Positions 35,559 through 49,464 are shown, numbered from the stretch's first letter. The stretch: DNA of 64,000 nt from Podarcis cretensis (GCA_951804945.1 OX638157.1:62744001-62808000); one strand, 5' to 3'. A program made the numbers and translations. The notes: generated by a model not told the origin, from the sequence alone.

Positions 35559-38046
35559 CTTCAGTGAGAGCAAGTTATCGTCTAGGCAACAGGGCAAGCA
35601 GCAATGCACATAAAGAAGATTTGTTCATCCAACCAGGACAAGAGAAACACATGGTCTGCCTGTTTATGAGTAGATGGGTGTCACTCCCCCTTTTCCTCCT
35701 TTTCTTTCTTTTGAAAGAATACTATTACATTCAAATATGGAGTACAGGATTTTGTAGGAAACCCTCTTATCTAAATAATTAGAAAGGGTAATTAAAAAGA
35801 AAACGAACAGAGAAGGCTGAATTGCTACTTTCATCAGGAAAGACACTAATCAGCTTCATTAAAGCATCTACTGCCTTTTCTCTCGCTTGTCTCCTCATCC
35901 TCTTACCATTAACTCCTGCCAGCACTAACAGCTTGTATAAAAGCACTTTCAGAGACTGCCCACAAGCTCTTTTTCCTAAACCACAAATGACTAAGATCAC
36001 AATTCCTATGCTCTCTCAGAGGCTCTGTTACTTATCCTGTTAACCCTTTCCTTTACAAATATTGGGGTGGGGGGGGGAGAGAAGTGGGAGAAAGAACTGA
36101 ATCACCACCATGATTTCAAAACCCACTGAAATATTCTGCTTCAGTTAATGACCACACATATGTAAGAGTCATTCCAATACAGGGTAAACTGAACATAGAA
36201 CAATTCCAATTTTGGTTTCTATTGTGTCTTTCTCCATTATAAAATATTGATGTAACTTTTTAAAAAAGAGAATAGCTTTCCCCATCAGTTATTTTAAGCA
36301 CACAAGACGGCTGTCTTTAGAAGGGACAAGCCTTCCCCCCCAATGACATGAACAAACAGGAACACAAATCTGACAAAACAAATATGAGTGGAGAGGCACG
36401 ATTTTTGAGCCTGGGGTTACACACTTGGTGGGGGCCAATCTAGTCAACCCATAGGTATGCCTCTGTGGACAATTTCCCACCCCACATCACTGGTGTCTCG
36501 GAACTAGCAAGTACCCAGGTTCTCTTGACTAATCCCTTTTCCATGTTTGAGTGTACAGCTTACTATAGACAGCAACTTCCAAACACTTATTTGGACAGAG
36601 TATGTTAACATATATGCATAGTCAGAGTATGTTAACATATATGCATATTTTCAGAGTAACTAAGTAATATGGATGTGGCCCAACAGTGCTTTTTCTCAGC
36701 AACGTAATTCAAGCGTGGCTCCTGCTTCGTCCCCCCTCCCTTGGTTTCTTCCTTTCAATTATTGAATGTTGTCTAAAAGAAGAAAAGCAAAGCAAAGCAA
36801 ATATAATAAAACATAAACAACAAAAACTTTTCTGACTACTACAAGCCATGAGGATTTGCCCTTTTATGAATGGGGTGCAGAAAAATTGCTCATATTTTGC
36901 TTGTGCTTATTTCAGCTTGAATCAGCATTTCCAGTCAAGTTTATATACTTGTGAAAATGCAACTCCACAAGCACTGCCTTTCAGAGGAAGGTCACTGTAG
37001 ACTTCTCTCCCCCAAACTATGGCTGGTAAACATTACATTTTTACCTCAGTGACAGAGTCATTTCACACATGGCAGACAATTCAGCTAATCTCAGGCCAAG
37101 GGCTTCCAGTCCCTTCAGCAGTCCTGCATCACATAAGCAGCCTTAATCAGTATATGCCACGCTCAGCCTTTGGGTCAGCTGGTCCTCTTCAACTGATACT
37201 GTCTGAATTTTTGCGATACCGCAGCTAATACATATTTACTAGCATTCTAGAAACCTAGACTATTATGCAGGCATAACAGCTCTAAAACATTATTTACATT
37301 GTCTGAACCTTCTGTAAGAACTGTAATTTACAATTTTTTAGAACATGCAATTGCAATGAAAATTAGAAAAGATAACCAATTAGAGATTCAGCAACCCCAG
37401 GTATGCTTTGGCTAGATTCAAATAGGTGGGTTGATTTTTCTGAAGAATTTATACCCCCTCTAATTGTTTCCACACATGCAAAATTGTTGAAACAGAGTAT
37501 TGACTTCTATTAACATTAAATTTGCATGGGCTAAAAAAGCAGGGATTTTCCATATTGCACTGAGTTTCTAAATTGATTAAATTAGAGCTGCCAACCAAGT
37601 GCTCTACTTTTGCTCAGCACATGCTGTTTTAAAAGATAAGACAGCAGAACAACTTGCAATGTAATTAATCATCATTTCTCAACATATGCAGCTCCTGAAT
37701 AATAAGCAGACTGAAAAAAGGCTTTGCATCAAAGCAGAATCCTAAATTTGACAGGAGGTATGGAGTTTAATGATAAAAACTCACATAGTCAACGCAACGT
37801 ATTTTAAGAGTCTGAGGCCCGATTCATGCAACCAATTTTAAAACGATGTGCAAAACTGCCCTCATACTATCATGATGAGCTGTTGTTGTTAAAAATCTAG
37901 CACAAGTTGTGCGAGATGGATGAATAGAAGGATTAAAGGTTGATGAAGGTTTATTCAGATATGCCAGTACCATCCAACTCATGGTGAACAGCTGAGAACA
38001 GATTCACAAAACCTCATATCCCCAACAGTGGTTACCTATATAAGAA

Positions 38047-38477
38047 GGGATGTGGGTGGTGCTGTGGTCTAAACCACTGAGCCTCTTGGGCTTGCCGATC
38101 AGAAGGTTGGCAGTTTGAATCCGCACAACGGGGTGAGCTCCTGTTGCTCTGTCCCAGCTCCTGCCTACCTAGCAGTTCGAAAACACGCTAGTGCAAGTAG
38201 ATAAATAGGTACTGCTGTGGCAGGAAGGTAAACGGCATTTCCGTGCACTCTGGTTTCCGTCACGGTTTTCTGTTCGCCAGAAGCTGTTTAGTCATGCTGG
38301 CCACATGACCCAGAAAGCTGTGGACAAACGCCGGCTCCCTCGGCCTGAAAGCGAGATGAGCACCGCAACCCTATTGTCGCCTTTGACTGGACTTAACCGT
38401 CCAGGGGTCCTTTACCTTTTACCTTTACTTACCTACCTACCTACTTACCTTTTACCTTTACTTACCTACTTACCTAC
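38047..38477 (+). mobile_element. Sauria SINE with expanded tail
   Basis: Same consensus; ACCTTT/ACCT tail. Confidence 0.9.
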
Positions 38478-38879
38478 TCTACAAAAAACTACTTATCAGT
38501 AGTCCCTAGCATGACTGCATGTTTAATTTTTTTTAATTTTTATTAAAAAAAATTAGTATAGTATTTTTAATTGAGCCTTTGATTCCCCCCCCCATTTATT
38601 CTACTTAATATGTTTGTATAAAATTACTGGTAGCACTGTTTTGGGGGTGTCTTTACAATTTAACACACAATGGCCCATTCACATAGCACAGTAAGCCAAA
38701 CAATGGCTTACCAGGACTGTGTGAATGTGTGGGATCCTGGAGAGGAACGCAGACACTTTGCTCTTCCCAGTCTTGTTTACTCCTGCAGCACACTTACTTA
38801 AGCTTAGGCTTGGCTGAGCAGGTCACCTGTGGTTAAGGTCTTTCCTCACTAACTGCAAGCAAGTTCATGGGAATTTCAG

Positions 38880-39253
38880 TAAAAGTAAAGGTAAAGGTAA
38901 AGGTACCCCTGACCATTAGGTCCAGTCATGGACGACTCTGGGGTTGCGTGCTCATCTCACTCTATACACCGAGAGAGCCGGCGTTTGTCCGCAGACAGCT
39001 TCCGGGTCATGTGGCCAGCATGACCAAGCCACTTCTGCCGAAACCAGAGCAGTACACAGAAACGCTATTTACCTTCCCGCCGGAGCGGTACCTATTTATC
39101 TACTTGCCCTTTGACATGCTTTTGAACTGCTAGGTTGGCAGGAGCTGGGACCAAGCAACAGGAGCTCACCCCATCATGGGGATTCAAACCGCCGACCTTC
39201 TGATCAGCAAGCCCTAGGCTCTGTGGTTTAGACCACCGCGCCACCCACGTCCC
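38880..39253 (-). mobile_element. Sauria SINE
   Basis: Reverse complement of the same consensus; (AAAGGT)n at the left end. Confidence 0.9.
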
Positions 39254-39691
39254 CTCACTAATTCCCCCAATTAAGAAAGGTTAGACTGACATTTCTAGGA
39301 ATAATCAGGTTCAATGCAGTTATGCTTGTGTATCCAGTAAATTTTCCCCAAGAAACAGGTTTGTTGACACACTTGTAAAATACAGGCATTCTTCTTCAAG
39401 AAGGCACCCCCCCATGCAAAAAAACTAGCATTGAGAGCTAATCCACACAGCCACTTCTGATTTTGGCTGTCAATCCATGGCAACTTTGACCACTCCACTA
39501 AAATGAAATTCCCAAAGCTTGGTGTGCTTGGTAAGTGTCCATTTCTCACAAAAACATATGCATTCTGGGCTCAAGTTCCAACTCTCCAAAAAGTTGGATT
39601 AAAATAAGAGTTTCACTTTGACAGTTCATAGGCTATGCCAAACTGTGGTTTGGTATCCCTCCCTCCTTCCCACACGTGCAACTGTTTCTTC

Positions 39692-39950
39692 CATGGGTAG
39701 ACAAACTAAGGCCCAGGGGGCCGGATCCGGCCCAATCGCCTTCTAAATCCAGCCTGTGGTTGGTCCAGGAATCAGCGTGTTTTTACATGAGTAGAATGTG
39801 CCCTTTTATTTAAAATGCATCTCTGGGTTATTTGTGGGGCATAGGAATTCATTCATTCCCCCCCCCCAAAAAAAAAAATATAGTCTGGTCCCCCACAAGG
39901 TCTGAGGGACAGTTGACCGGCCCCCTGCTGAAAAAGTTTGCTGACCCCTG
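39692..39950. mobile_element. hAT (Charlie-like) MITE
   Basis: CA(T/G)GGGT..(A/G)CAAACT termini; exact 8-bp TSD GTTTCTTC. Confidence 0.85.
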
Positions 39951-42274
39951 GTTTCTTCCCTCCCCTACTGGCTTGAGACAAACTACCCCAGTGTCTGTCC
40001 TCTCCCCAGCTACCTTGTACAACAGCCTCACTATGCAGGAAAGTAGCATAGCAGAGATACTGTTGCACACCACCCAAATTTTAACAGTTACTGAATCCAG
40101 GAATTTAGGGTGTCTAGCACCCATAAATTCCTAACAATACCAATCATGGCAAAGAGAAAAATGATGCAATTTGTGCTTTTCGCAAACACAGAAAGATCTG
40201 TTTGCTTGCTTCATATATAGTCTACTTTTGGATCAGATTGCATTCATGGTGATTTAACACTACAACACCAATTTACCATACAAACACAATGACTGAAATA
40301 TATATACAATTCCATACATACATCCTTTTAACTTAGAAGTTGTTCCTTTATAACATCTAACACTTCCGAAGGTCTTACCCATTTTTAAATATTAACAAAA
40401 TTGGCATCTATTTTTCTTAAAGCCATCAACAAATGGATTTCAAACCCTAAAAGCAATTCTTTCTTTTAAAAAACAAGCAAATGACATTCTAGTTAACCAA
40501 TCAAAACAGTCAATTGACTCTTCTAAACTGTATGCCACTCTGCGTTAGAAGCATAATATACTTTCCATCAAATGAAATTTCAAGGCATTGCATGGTTTTT
40601 TTATTCGTGGGGAGTGTGTTATTTTTTAAAAAAAGATTTGGAAATTAAGGGGGAAATGAAACAAGGTAGTCTGAATATCTCAAGACAGTTACTTTACATG
40701 ATTTCATTCATTTCATTTGTGAACTGTGACCAAATCAGTCAGTGCATAAGATACAACATAAGCTGACAGCAGCTTTCCCCCCAGCATGTAAATTCTTTTG
40801 TCAAAAGTTTTTCTACCAACGTTTAGAGTGGGAGCCAAGTTGTGTGGAAGTTTTGTTATGGCTTTAACCTCTGCTAGTGCTATGATGTTTCAAGGGCTTG
40901 CATCACACGGATGGAGCCAATCACAAGGGACTTTCCTACACAACAGCCTCCAGCTTGGTTTGGAGAAATGATCAGGTGAGTAGAACCTTTCTAGCTGGCC
41001 CCATCCACATTGTACTAGGCCTGGGTCTGTGGGATGAGGTCACAGAAAACACCTTCCATGTTGCACTGCAACAATGAAAAAAGATCTGAAGCCTATTACT
41101 GAATGGATGCAAAAGTGCAGCTACTGTGGCATGCATTATTCACTTGGATTGGGGAAGCAACAATCCTTAGAATTACATTTATGCAAATTATATTAAACTT
41201 TTCTACACCAATAATTGAAATGCAAATTGAAAACTGCTCACCCATTTAAAAAGGCTCCCTTTGAACAACCTCTATGCTTATTCCTTGCTCCCGTTTTATC
41301 ACTCAGATGCTTGATCTGTTTATCTGCATACCTAGCTGTGCAAAGTTGCACAGAGGTTATACTACAGACACCGTAAGAGGCAATCTTCAGAGGAATAATT
41401 TGCTCTGAAGCATTTATTCCTAAAACAAAATGGAACTCAGTGCCTTAGACAACTTGACCAGAATTTTCTACTATATGGCATTTATTGAAAATATTTATAT
41501 ATCACCTAGTAGTAGTATTTATCAATTTATAATTGGTATTGTAGTTATATAAATTTATATACTGCCTACATGCCAAAATATTTTCAAGTATAAAATCAAT
41601 TATAAAATCCAAACACAAAATACAATTCCACATTTCAATTCAAATTAAATTACATCAAAATTCCATCAGAACATTATAGACACCCACAATTAAAATTTAT
41701 TATGAAATGAGGCTGCTGCAGGCACAGCAATTAAAACAGTTTTTTAAAAAACCAATTTAAACAATGTAATCAGAAAGTTCAAGTTCTGGAATGCTTGCCT
41801 AAACACGTACATCTTCAAGAGATGAATTATGAAAACGTCAAGGCAACATTAACAGTTAGTACAAAAATCAACATTAAAAAATAATAGCAACCAGCAAAGG
41901 TCTGGATAAAATGCTAATTTTCTGGTGTCACTGGTGCATTTTTTTTCCTAGGGAAAGGCTACTCCAAAGAGGGGGCACCACAACAGAAAAGGCCCTCTCC
42001 CTGGTTGCTGTAAGATAAGTTGATGCAGGCTGCAGCAGCACCAGGAAGGTTTCAGTACATGCTATTACTAACTGGACAGGTTTTTATCTCAAATAACTTA
42101 CTCCTGGGATAGCTAACACGGTGCCCTCCAGATGCTGTGGACCTCCAGATTTGTGAACTGTGACCAAATCAGTCAGTGCATAAGATACAACATAAGCTGA
42201 CAACAGCTTTTCCCCCATCATCTCTGACCAATAGCCATGCTTGATGGGACCGAGGTGAGCTGCAGTTCACAATA

Positions 42275-42488
42275 CATTGGTACCTCCCAGTTGCGAATGG
42301 GATCCGTTCTGGAGGTCCTGCCACATCCCAAGGAATTTGCAACCAGATGACCGCTTCTGTGCATGCGCACAGTTTAACGCTTCTGCACATGTGCGCGCAA
42401 TGAAACCCAGAAAAATACTTCTGGGTTTGGCACGTTCGCATCCCGAAGATTACGTATCCAGAGGGATATGTAAGCGGAGGTACAACTG
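42275..42488. mobile_element. Tigger-like MITE nested in an older hairpin MITE (about 42107-42530)
   Basis: CATTGGTACCTC...GAGGTACAACTG, TA flanks. Confidence 0.65.
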
Positions 42489-45400
42489 TAACTGGAATGC
42501 ACCATGCTGGCTGCCAATGACCTAGGCTCAAGCAGTTTAGGACTCTATAGTCCAATACCGCAAACCTGAACTGTAGTTTATATCATCAATTAAGATAGTT
42601 AAGGCCTTGACTAGGAGAAAAATCCACCTCCTAAGGACAAGTTCAAACAAGATTTTATACTACAGTACAAGAAATACAGACTATACAGCATGCTCCAATT
42701 GTGCACAGGTGTATTTGCTTTATAAAATACATGCAAGAGGAAAAGGTAATCCCCACCCCATATATCTATTTTAAGAAACAAATGGCTAAAGATAAAAGAG
42801 TATGCAAATAAAATCTGATACATAGTGCATGTATGCAGGTATCACTCCAAAAGCCTCATTCAGAGAGGCTGCAGTTAAATTTCCTTACTCACGTGAGCAA
42901 TATATATTTTTTAAGTAGAGGACTAAGGTGGCTACCATTCTAGCGAATGATCAATATTCAACCACAAATAAATTACGGTAGTTTACTGTAGTTATTTTTT
43001 CTTTCAAACCAGCCACTTTAGATGAACAAGTAGATTTATCGCAACTGAAAACATGCATAATTCATCAAAATCCTTCATTGTTAAGACTGCAACACCAAAA
43101 CCACCATGCCTACTTTTCTCCTGTAAACTGGTTGGAAATAAGCACTAATACTGTGAATTTATAAATTGTTTAACTTACACACACCAAAACACACACACTA
43201 CCAGAAGGCAGATGAAATAGAAGTGTTTTATGATTCTTCTAAAAGATTTTCTGGCTAAGGCAAGTCTCCTTAAAAAGGATTTCCTGTTGTAGGAAAGCTG
43301 ACAGAGAACACTCCTTTACAGCTTTAAAACAAAATGCACACAACACAACACACATTTGTAATGTGAACTTCCTGATGAGCACGCACATCTGCCTAAGCAT
43401 CCTTGCAACTCCAATATAATGTCATAACATGTGACAGCACATTAGTGCAGCAGTCATAAGATCCATCTTAAACATTCATTTACTGACTCAACAAGTTTGA
43501 GAATCGGGCCATTAAGTTGTAAAACACTGCTAAATATCACATGCCTATCTCATTAATTCATGAATGACATTAACAGTTTCAAGCCAAGGACTGGATCCAC
43601 ATAATCTTGCAACAAGGGAGCTTTGGACTTGACTTTCTCAGAAAAACTCAGAAAATATTCCCTTACTGAAAGGCAAAAAAGAAGGGGGAGGGGGAAAGAA
43701 GGAGGCAGTGATTTTTGCTTTTTAAAACAGTTTGGCATAATTAGTTCATTCAGCAATTTTGGCAAAGCATACATTGGACATTATATCTAAACTTGTTAAC
43801 TTGCACTTGTCCTAGAAATCAGGTTTGGATCTTGGTCTGCATGGCATGCACAAACCATAGTTTGACAGCTTGGGTGTAATGGTTTGCTACAAGCCAGAAA
43901 ATAACTCATTCCCTTAAGTACAGTAGAGGAGGAGTGAGTGTACAGGCATGTGGCCTCTTCTAGCGTCACAGTCCAAGCGCCAACCATGGTTCAGAATTAT
44001 TGCTAGACTGAGCCATAAAGAAGCTCTTTCGATCCTGGCCAAAGAAAGAAAGAGCTCTCCACCAGAGATGTTATTTCATTATTGGAAAAATAGCCTCTAT
44101 GAGCTTGAAGACAGTTTTATGGGTCAAAGAAATCGAAACTAAACACCTTCTTCATCCAATCAGACAACCTTACTAGGTGGGCTTGAATGCTGTCATCTTT
44201 CAAGATATGTAAAATATGATATTAACCTATTTCACAGGATTTTTATTACAAAATAGTGAGGCTTCTTATTGATTAAACATGCACTGGATTGGGCTGTAAG
44301 CCACTTAGTTCAGAACACGTTCTGCATAATAATGGTAATAAATAATATAACATTAGTCTGGAATGTTTTTTGTTTTCGTTGACAATATGACAAAGAAAAG
44401 CATGGACAACTAATAAAAGTTCATTAATATGGAAAAACTTGTGTGTAATACAAGGTATCAGACTGTTTTTGGTTATTAAGTACATTTGAGAAAACAATCT
44501 AAAATTATGATCTATATATACCAGACTTAATATTGCAAATGGGTTATTACTGCAAATATACATACATGCATACATAACATTTAAATATGGCAAATGGATA
44601 ATTGACAACAGGCTTTTTTTTAAGCCTATCACAATTTCAATGGAAATAGTTCATTCAGATTAAATAGGGAGAGAATATACAAACTAGCTTTTTCAAACAT
44701 AAAACCCCAAACAAGAGCTTTCTTTTGTGGAAATATGACACAAATAAGAAAAAACAAAAATAAGCCCTAGCAGGAAGAGCCAGTGAGCAATCAATGTACA
44801 CTGTCATTTACAAATTACAGTCCCTCTTACCAATTCATAACCTGAATTGAATTAGTCCAGTGAATCCTTCCACTATGAACTGTAAGTGAATGGTGGTCTG
44901 CAAGAATGGTCTTTTGTGGTAATGCAATCAATAAAGTTGCAACAAACTACCTAAGACAGATTGGCTTTTTGATAATATTGTGCGGATGCTGCAAAAAAAC
45001 TGCACTCTTCAACAAACACTCATATGGAGGCAACTACATATTCTTTTTCACTGCCTCCATTTCACTCCTCTTTCTTTGTTGTGCCTGCTTTCTAGATTAT
45101 AAGTCCCAGAGGGAAAGGGATCCTTTCATACATTTTAACATACCTTGATGACACTATACAAATATTATTTTCTAAGCATTTTTAATTTGTTGTTTCTGCA
45201 TGCTAATGCTATAATACTATTTCTATGCTCAAGTAATACTATCTTCCTTTTTGTTTCTGACAAAAATATGCAAAGAGGAAAGCACAGATGGCCAGGAACT
45301 GAAAGGGTGAAGTTCACATTTGGTCTGAAAGAGCGTCTAGTCTTATTATAAATATGAAAAAGATACTCTTGAACTTTAGAGAATAACCAAAGGTTTCCTA

Positions 45401-45963
45401 ACCCAACATTAATAGCACACTGTTAAAACAAAATACAACCATGCCCTCCAACTTTGAAAATGTTTGAAGAAACATCTGTCTAATTACCACACAGCACCAT
45501 TTTCTTCCATAATGCTGAATCAGGCCAAATAGTCTGTTTGGCCAATGTGCTGAACAATCAATATAAACTACAACAGGTTTTCTCGCTAACTGCATGTAAA
45601 GTTCTTCCAGATTAGTTCATTAAGCTCTCTGGGCCTGCTAAGCTATTTAACATTTGCTCCAAATTCAAAAATATTTATGATGGCATTTCTTAAACCTTGT
45701 GAAAAGAATGCATGCCACAAGTCTGACCCAGGTAAGATGCTGATCCCAAAAACATGAAGAAAATAGTAGTGAATCATGTTAGGAAATCATGACTTGTATT
45801 TGCTAACTTCATGGAGTGAGTGCTGATGCGCATGTAGCCAAAACACCACAACCAATGCACAAGCAGGTGGTATCAGCGGAACAACAACATTTGCAGGAGT
45901 ACAAAAAACACTAGGGACCCCTGCTAGAGGGTTGCATTCAGTAAAGTTATCCCATTTTCATCC

Positions 45964-46531
45964 TTTTTTTATAATAATTTTTATTAATTTTCCAATTTTA
46001 AGACAAAACAACAACAACATAAGAACATCAACAAATACAAACAAACACACAAATATACTTTCTTAACCTCATTTTCATAAACCTCCTTTCTCGGACTTCC
46101 CCATACCTCACCCTTTTTGCATCCTTATTTTACAGTTTTTCAGCAACCCTTTTTACCAATTAAATTTAAACTTATTATCTTTCTCAATTTCCCCTTAAAT
46201 CATCAAACAGTTTCAGCTGTAATTCTGCATCTTCCTTCCCCTTGACATTTTAGCACTCCTCAATTTTGTAACAGTTCTTAAGATATACTTTAAACATCTT
46301 CCAATCTTCCTCCACCGTCTCTTTCTCTTGGTCACGGATTCTGCCAGTCATTTCTGCCAGTCCCATAAAGTCAATCACTTTCGTCTGCCATTCTTCCAGT
46401 GTGGGTAATTCTTGTGTCTTCCAATACTTTGCTAGAAGAATCCTTGCTGCTGTAGTAGCGTACATAAAAAAGTCTTATCCTTCCTTGACACCAATTGGCC
46501 GACCATGCCCAAGAGAAATGCCTCCGGTTTC
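45964..46531 (-). mobile_element. 5'-truncated L1-clade LINE (ORF2 C-terminus plus 3' UTR)
   Basis: 17-bp TSD TTATCCCATTTTCATCC; T-rich tail; peptide YATTAARILLAKYWK...PTLEEW. Confidence 0.8.
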
Positions 46532-46604
46532 TTATCCCATTTTCATCCTGTCCCTCTACTCCCCTTTCATATCCTCCAAATCTGGAAAGGAGATTCTGAC
46601 TAAA

Positions 46605-47037
46605 CATCAGAAAGAATTTTCTGACAGAAAGAGCTGTTTAACAGTGGAATGGTCACCTCCAGAAGCTGTGGACCCTCCTTCCTTTGAGGTTTTAAGCAGA
46701 GGTTGGATGGCCATATGCCATGGATGCTTTAGTTAAGACGATGATGATGAAGATGATGATGATTGTATTTATATCCCGCCCATCTGGCTGGGTTTCCCCA
46801 GCCACCCTGGGAGGCTTACAGCATATATAAAACATAGTAAAATATCAAACATTAAAAACTTCCCAATACAGGGCTGCCTTCAGATGTCTACTAAAAGTTA
46901 TATAATTCGTTATCTCCTTGACATCTGAAGGGAGGGCTTTCCACAGGGATGGAGCCACTACTGACAGATTCCTGCATTGCAGAAGATTGAATTAGATGAT
47001 CCTTGTGGTCCCTTCCAACTCTACAATTCTCTGATTC
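46605..47037 (+). mobile_element. CR1 3' fragment interrupted by a minus-strand L2 3' fragment (about 46738-46963)
   Basis: CR1 sequence resumes at AGATTCCTGCATTGC after a (GAT)n-tailed TTTATATCCCGCCC L2-like insert. Confidence 0.65.
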
Positions 47038-48283
47038 TTTTTCTGTGATGGAAGGACTCCTTCCTCTGGAAAATCATGAACCGCTAGATGTAACTTAAAA
47101 GTTCGGGAACTTATACAAGACAAGTTCAAATGTGCCCAAACACCTCTCATTTTCTGAGGCAGACATACAAGAGGTTGGATTCAGATTTAATGTAACTTGG
47201 ATTATAAAGAACCCATATGAAAAGTTAATCCTGATGAAGACCCACTGATTTCAATGAAAAAGTAAGTTGAAATAATGCTGCAATCCTATACTTATATATT
47301 AGGGAACAAGTCTCCCTAGATTAAATTAAAATTATTTTATTTGCGTGTGTTTTAAACCCTCAAAGCAGTTTCCAAAAAGAATAGAATAATAAAATTATCA
47401 ATAAAAACAGTTTGAAACGGCTATTTTTAAATGAGTCATCCTTCTGAGCATGGATGCATAAAATAGGTGTTACTGTCTTGCTTTACAAAAACCCACAGGG
47501 CATAATTCTGCCAAGTAAAGAACTAGGAAATCCCAATGGTTTCAATGAAAGACTTGAAGCTCTATGCTACATGTGGTTTCTATCCTATGCATGATTCCTC
47601 TGAATCCAACTATTACTGAATTGCTATCTAGTGTAAAACACTGTGGACTTCTAGCATGAAATCAATGGGATTGAAGAATTAAATTTTCGCTTGATGGGTC
47701 CATAATTTGTAACAATATTTTAAAAGTTACCTATATTCTTGTTTAGATGGTATGCAGTTCCATCCTCATCTCTTTCAAGACATTCCAGCCCACCAGATGA
47801 ATCTTAAGGGAGAAAAAACATTAAAGTATTATTCAGAAAAAATAAAAATACATAATAAATATATGTTCAATGTAAACAATGTATAAGGCATTGCCAAATT
47901 TATAATAAACCTGCTGAACATTTTTTTTTTGCATTTTTTTGGGGAGCTACATACCAAAAATTGATTGCTCTTGGGAAATTTTATTTTTGGGCATGACATT
48001 TTGAACTGGTTCACAAGCAGCACCAGATGACAAAAAAAAGACTTGCACTACTTACTCCCCCTTCCCCCTGAACTCTATTTCAAATCAGCTACTTTTTTGA
48101 AACCACTGTTTGCTGATCCCTCCAGACTGGCTGTGCCAGCTCTACGAACCAGGACTGATTGCCATGTTTTCCTTCATGAAAGTGTAAGGCCTGATTTAAC
48201 ACAGGGCACATGTGGTGAGGGGGATAGAGCAATTTCCTATGTTCCTATACTAGTTTATACTTTTTTGTCCTTCTAGTCCAGTA

Positions 48284-48525
48284 CAGTGGTACCTCAGGTT
48301 AAGTACTTAATTCGTTCTGGAGGTCTGTGCTTAACCTGAAACTGTTCTTAACCTGAAGCACCACTTTAGCTAATGGGGCCTCCTGCTGCTCCCAAGCCGC
48401 CGGAGCACGATTTCTGTTCTCATCCTGAAACAAACTTCTTAACCTGAAGCACTATTTCTGGGTTAGCGGAGTCTGTAACCTGAAGTGTACGTAACCTGAA
48501 GTGTATGTAACCTGAGGTACCACTG
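48284..48525. mobile_element. MITE family A
   Basis: TIR and TA TSD. Confidence 0.88.
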
Positions 48526-48748
48526 TATTTACGGGCAGCAGATCTTCAGGGTCTCTGGCAGAGGTCTTTCCCATCACCTGACAGCTGACCCTTTCAAATG
48601 GAAAATCCCAGGCACTGAACCAGGAATCTTCTCTGCATAGGTTCTGCTACTGACCTATGGTTTCCCCCCTATATGTTGCATGGATGGGTGGGGATTGGTG
48701 AACCAACTCCTAAACCTTTTTATTTCGAGTTTCCAATTGTGGTGTTTA

Positions 48749-48982
48749 CAGTGGTACCTCTGGTTATGAACTTAATTCATTCCGGAGGTCCGTTCTTAAC
48801 CTGAAGCCATTCTTAACCTGAGGTACCACTTTAGCTAATGGGGCCTCCCACTGCCACCACACTGCGATTTCTGTTCTCATCGTGGGGCAAAGTCCTTAAC
48901 CCGAGGTAGTACTTCCAGGTTAGCGGAGTCTGTTACCCAAAGTGTTTGTAACCTGAGGTGTTTGTAACTCGAGGTACCACTG
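48749..48982. mobile_element. MITE family A variant
   Basis: TIR and TA TSD. Confidence 0.85.
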
Positions 48983-49062
48983 TATTCCCCATTTTAGACT
49001 CACATGACCCCAAAATTGAACTCTCTTCAAGCTGATTGTTAGGCATTCTAAAAATCTATGTA

Positions 49063-49289
49063 CAGTGGAACCTTGGTTCTCAAACTTAATCCGTTCCGGA
49101 AGTCCGTTTGACTCCCGAAACATTTGAAAACCAAGGCTGATTGGTGCAGGTGCCCTGGAAACAATAGGCAACAACCGCACCGGACATTTGGCTTCCAAAA
49201 AACATTCGAAAACACTTACTTCCAGGTTTTAGGCGTTCGGGAGCCGATTTGTTTGTCAACTGAGCCATTCGAGAACCAAGGTTCCACTG
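49063..49289. mobile_element. Tigger-like MITE (CAGTGGAACCTTGGTTCTC TIR)
   Basis: Perfect 19-bp TIR, TA TSD. Confidence 0.8.
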
Positions 49290-49464
49290 TATTTGACACT
49301 TCATCATACAATACATCAACTACTCTGATGTAGACCATGTTTACTTGAAGGGAAATCATGAGTGTCAAGGATAATTATTCCAGTTTGAGTAACACAAAGC
49401 TGAGAGTGTGACCTTGTGTATGGAGGATGAAACATGGAGCTTCAAGAGAAAAATCTTATGACTA

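Noticed and set aside
47232-47265. Second CTGATGA...GAAA hammerhead candidate
   Set aside because: No stem I or II pairing; part of a decayed CCCATTGATTTCAATG palindromic repeat
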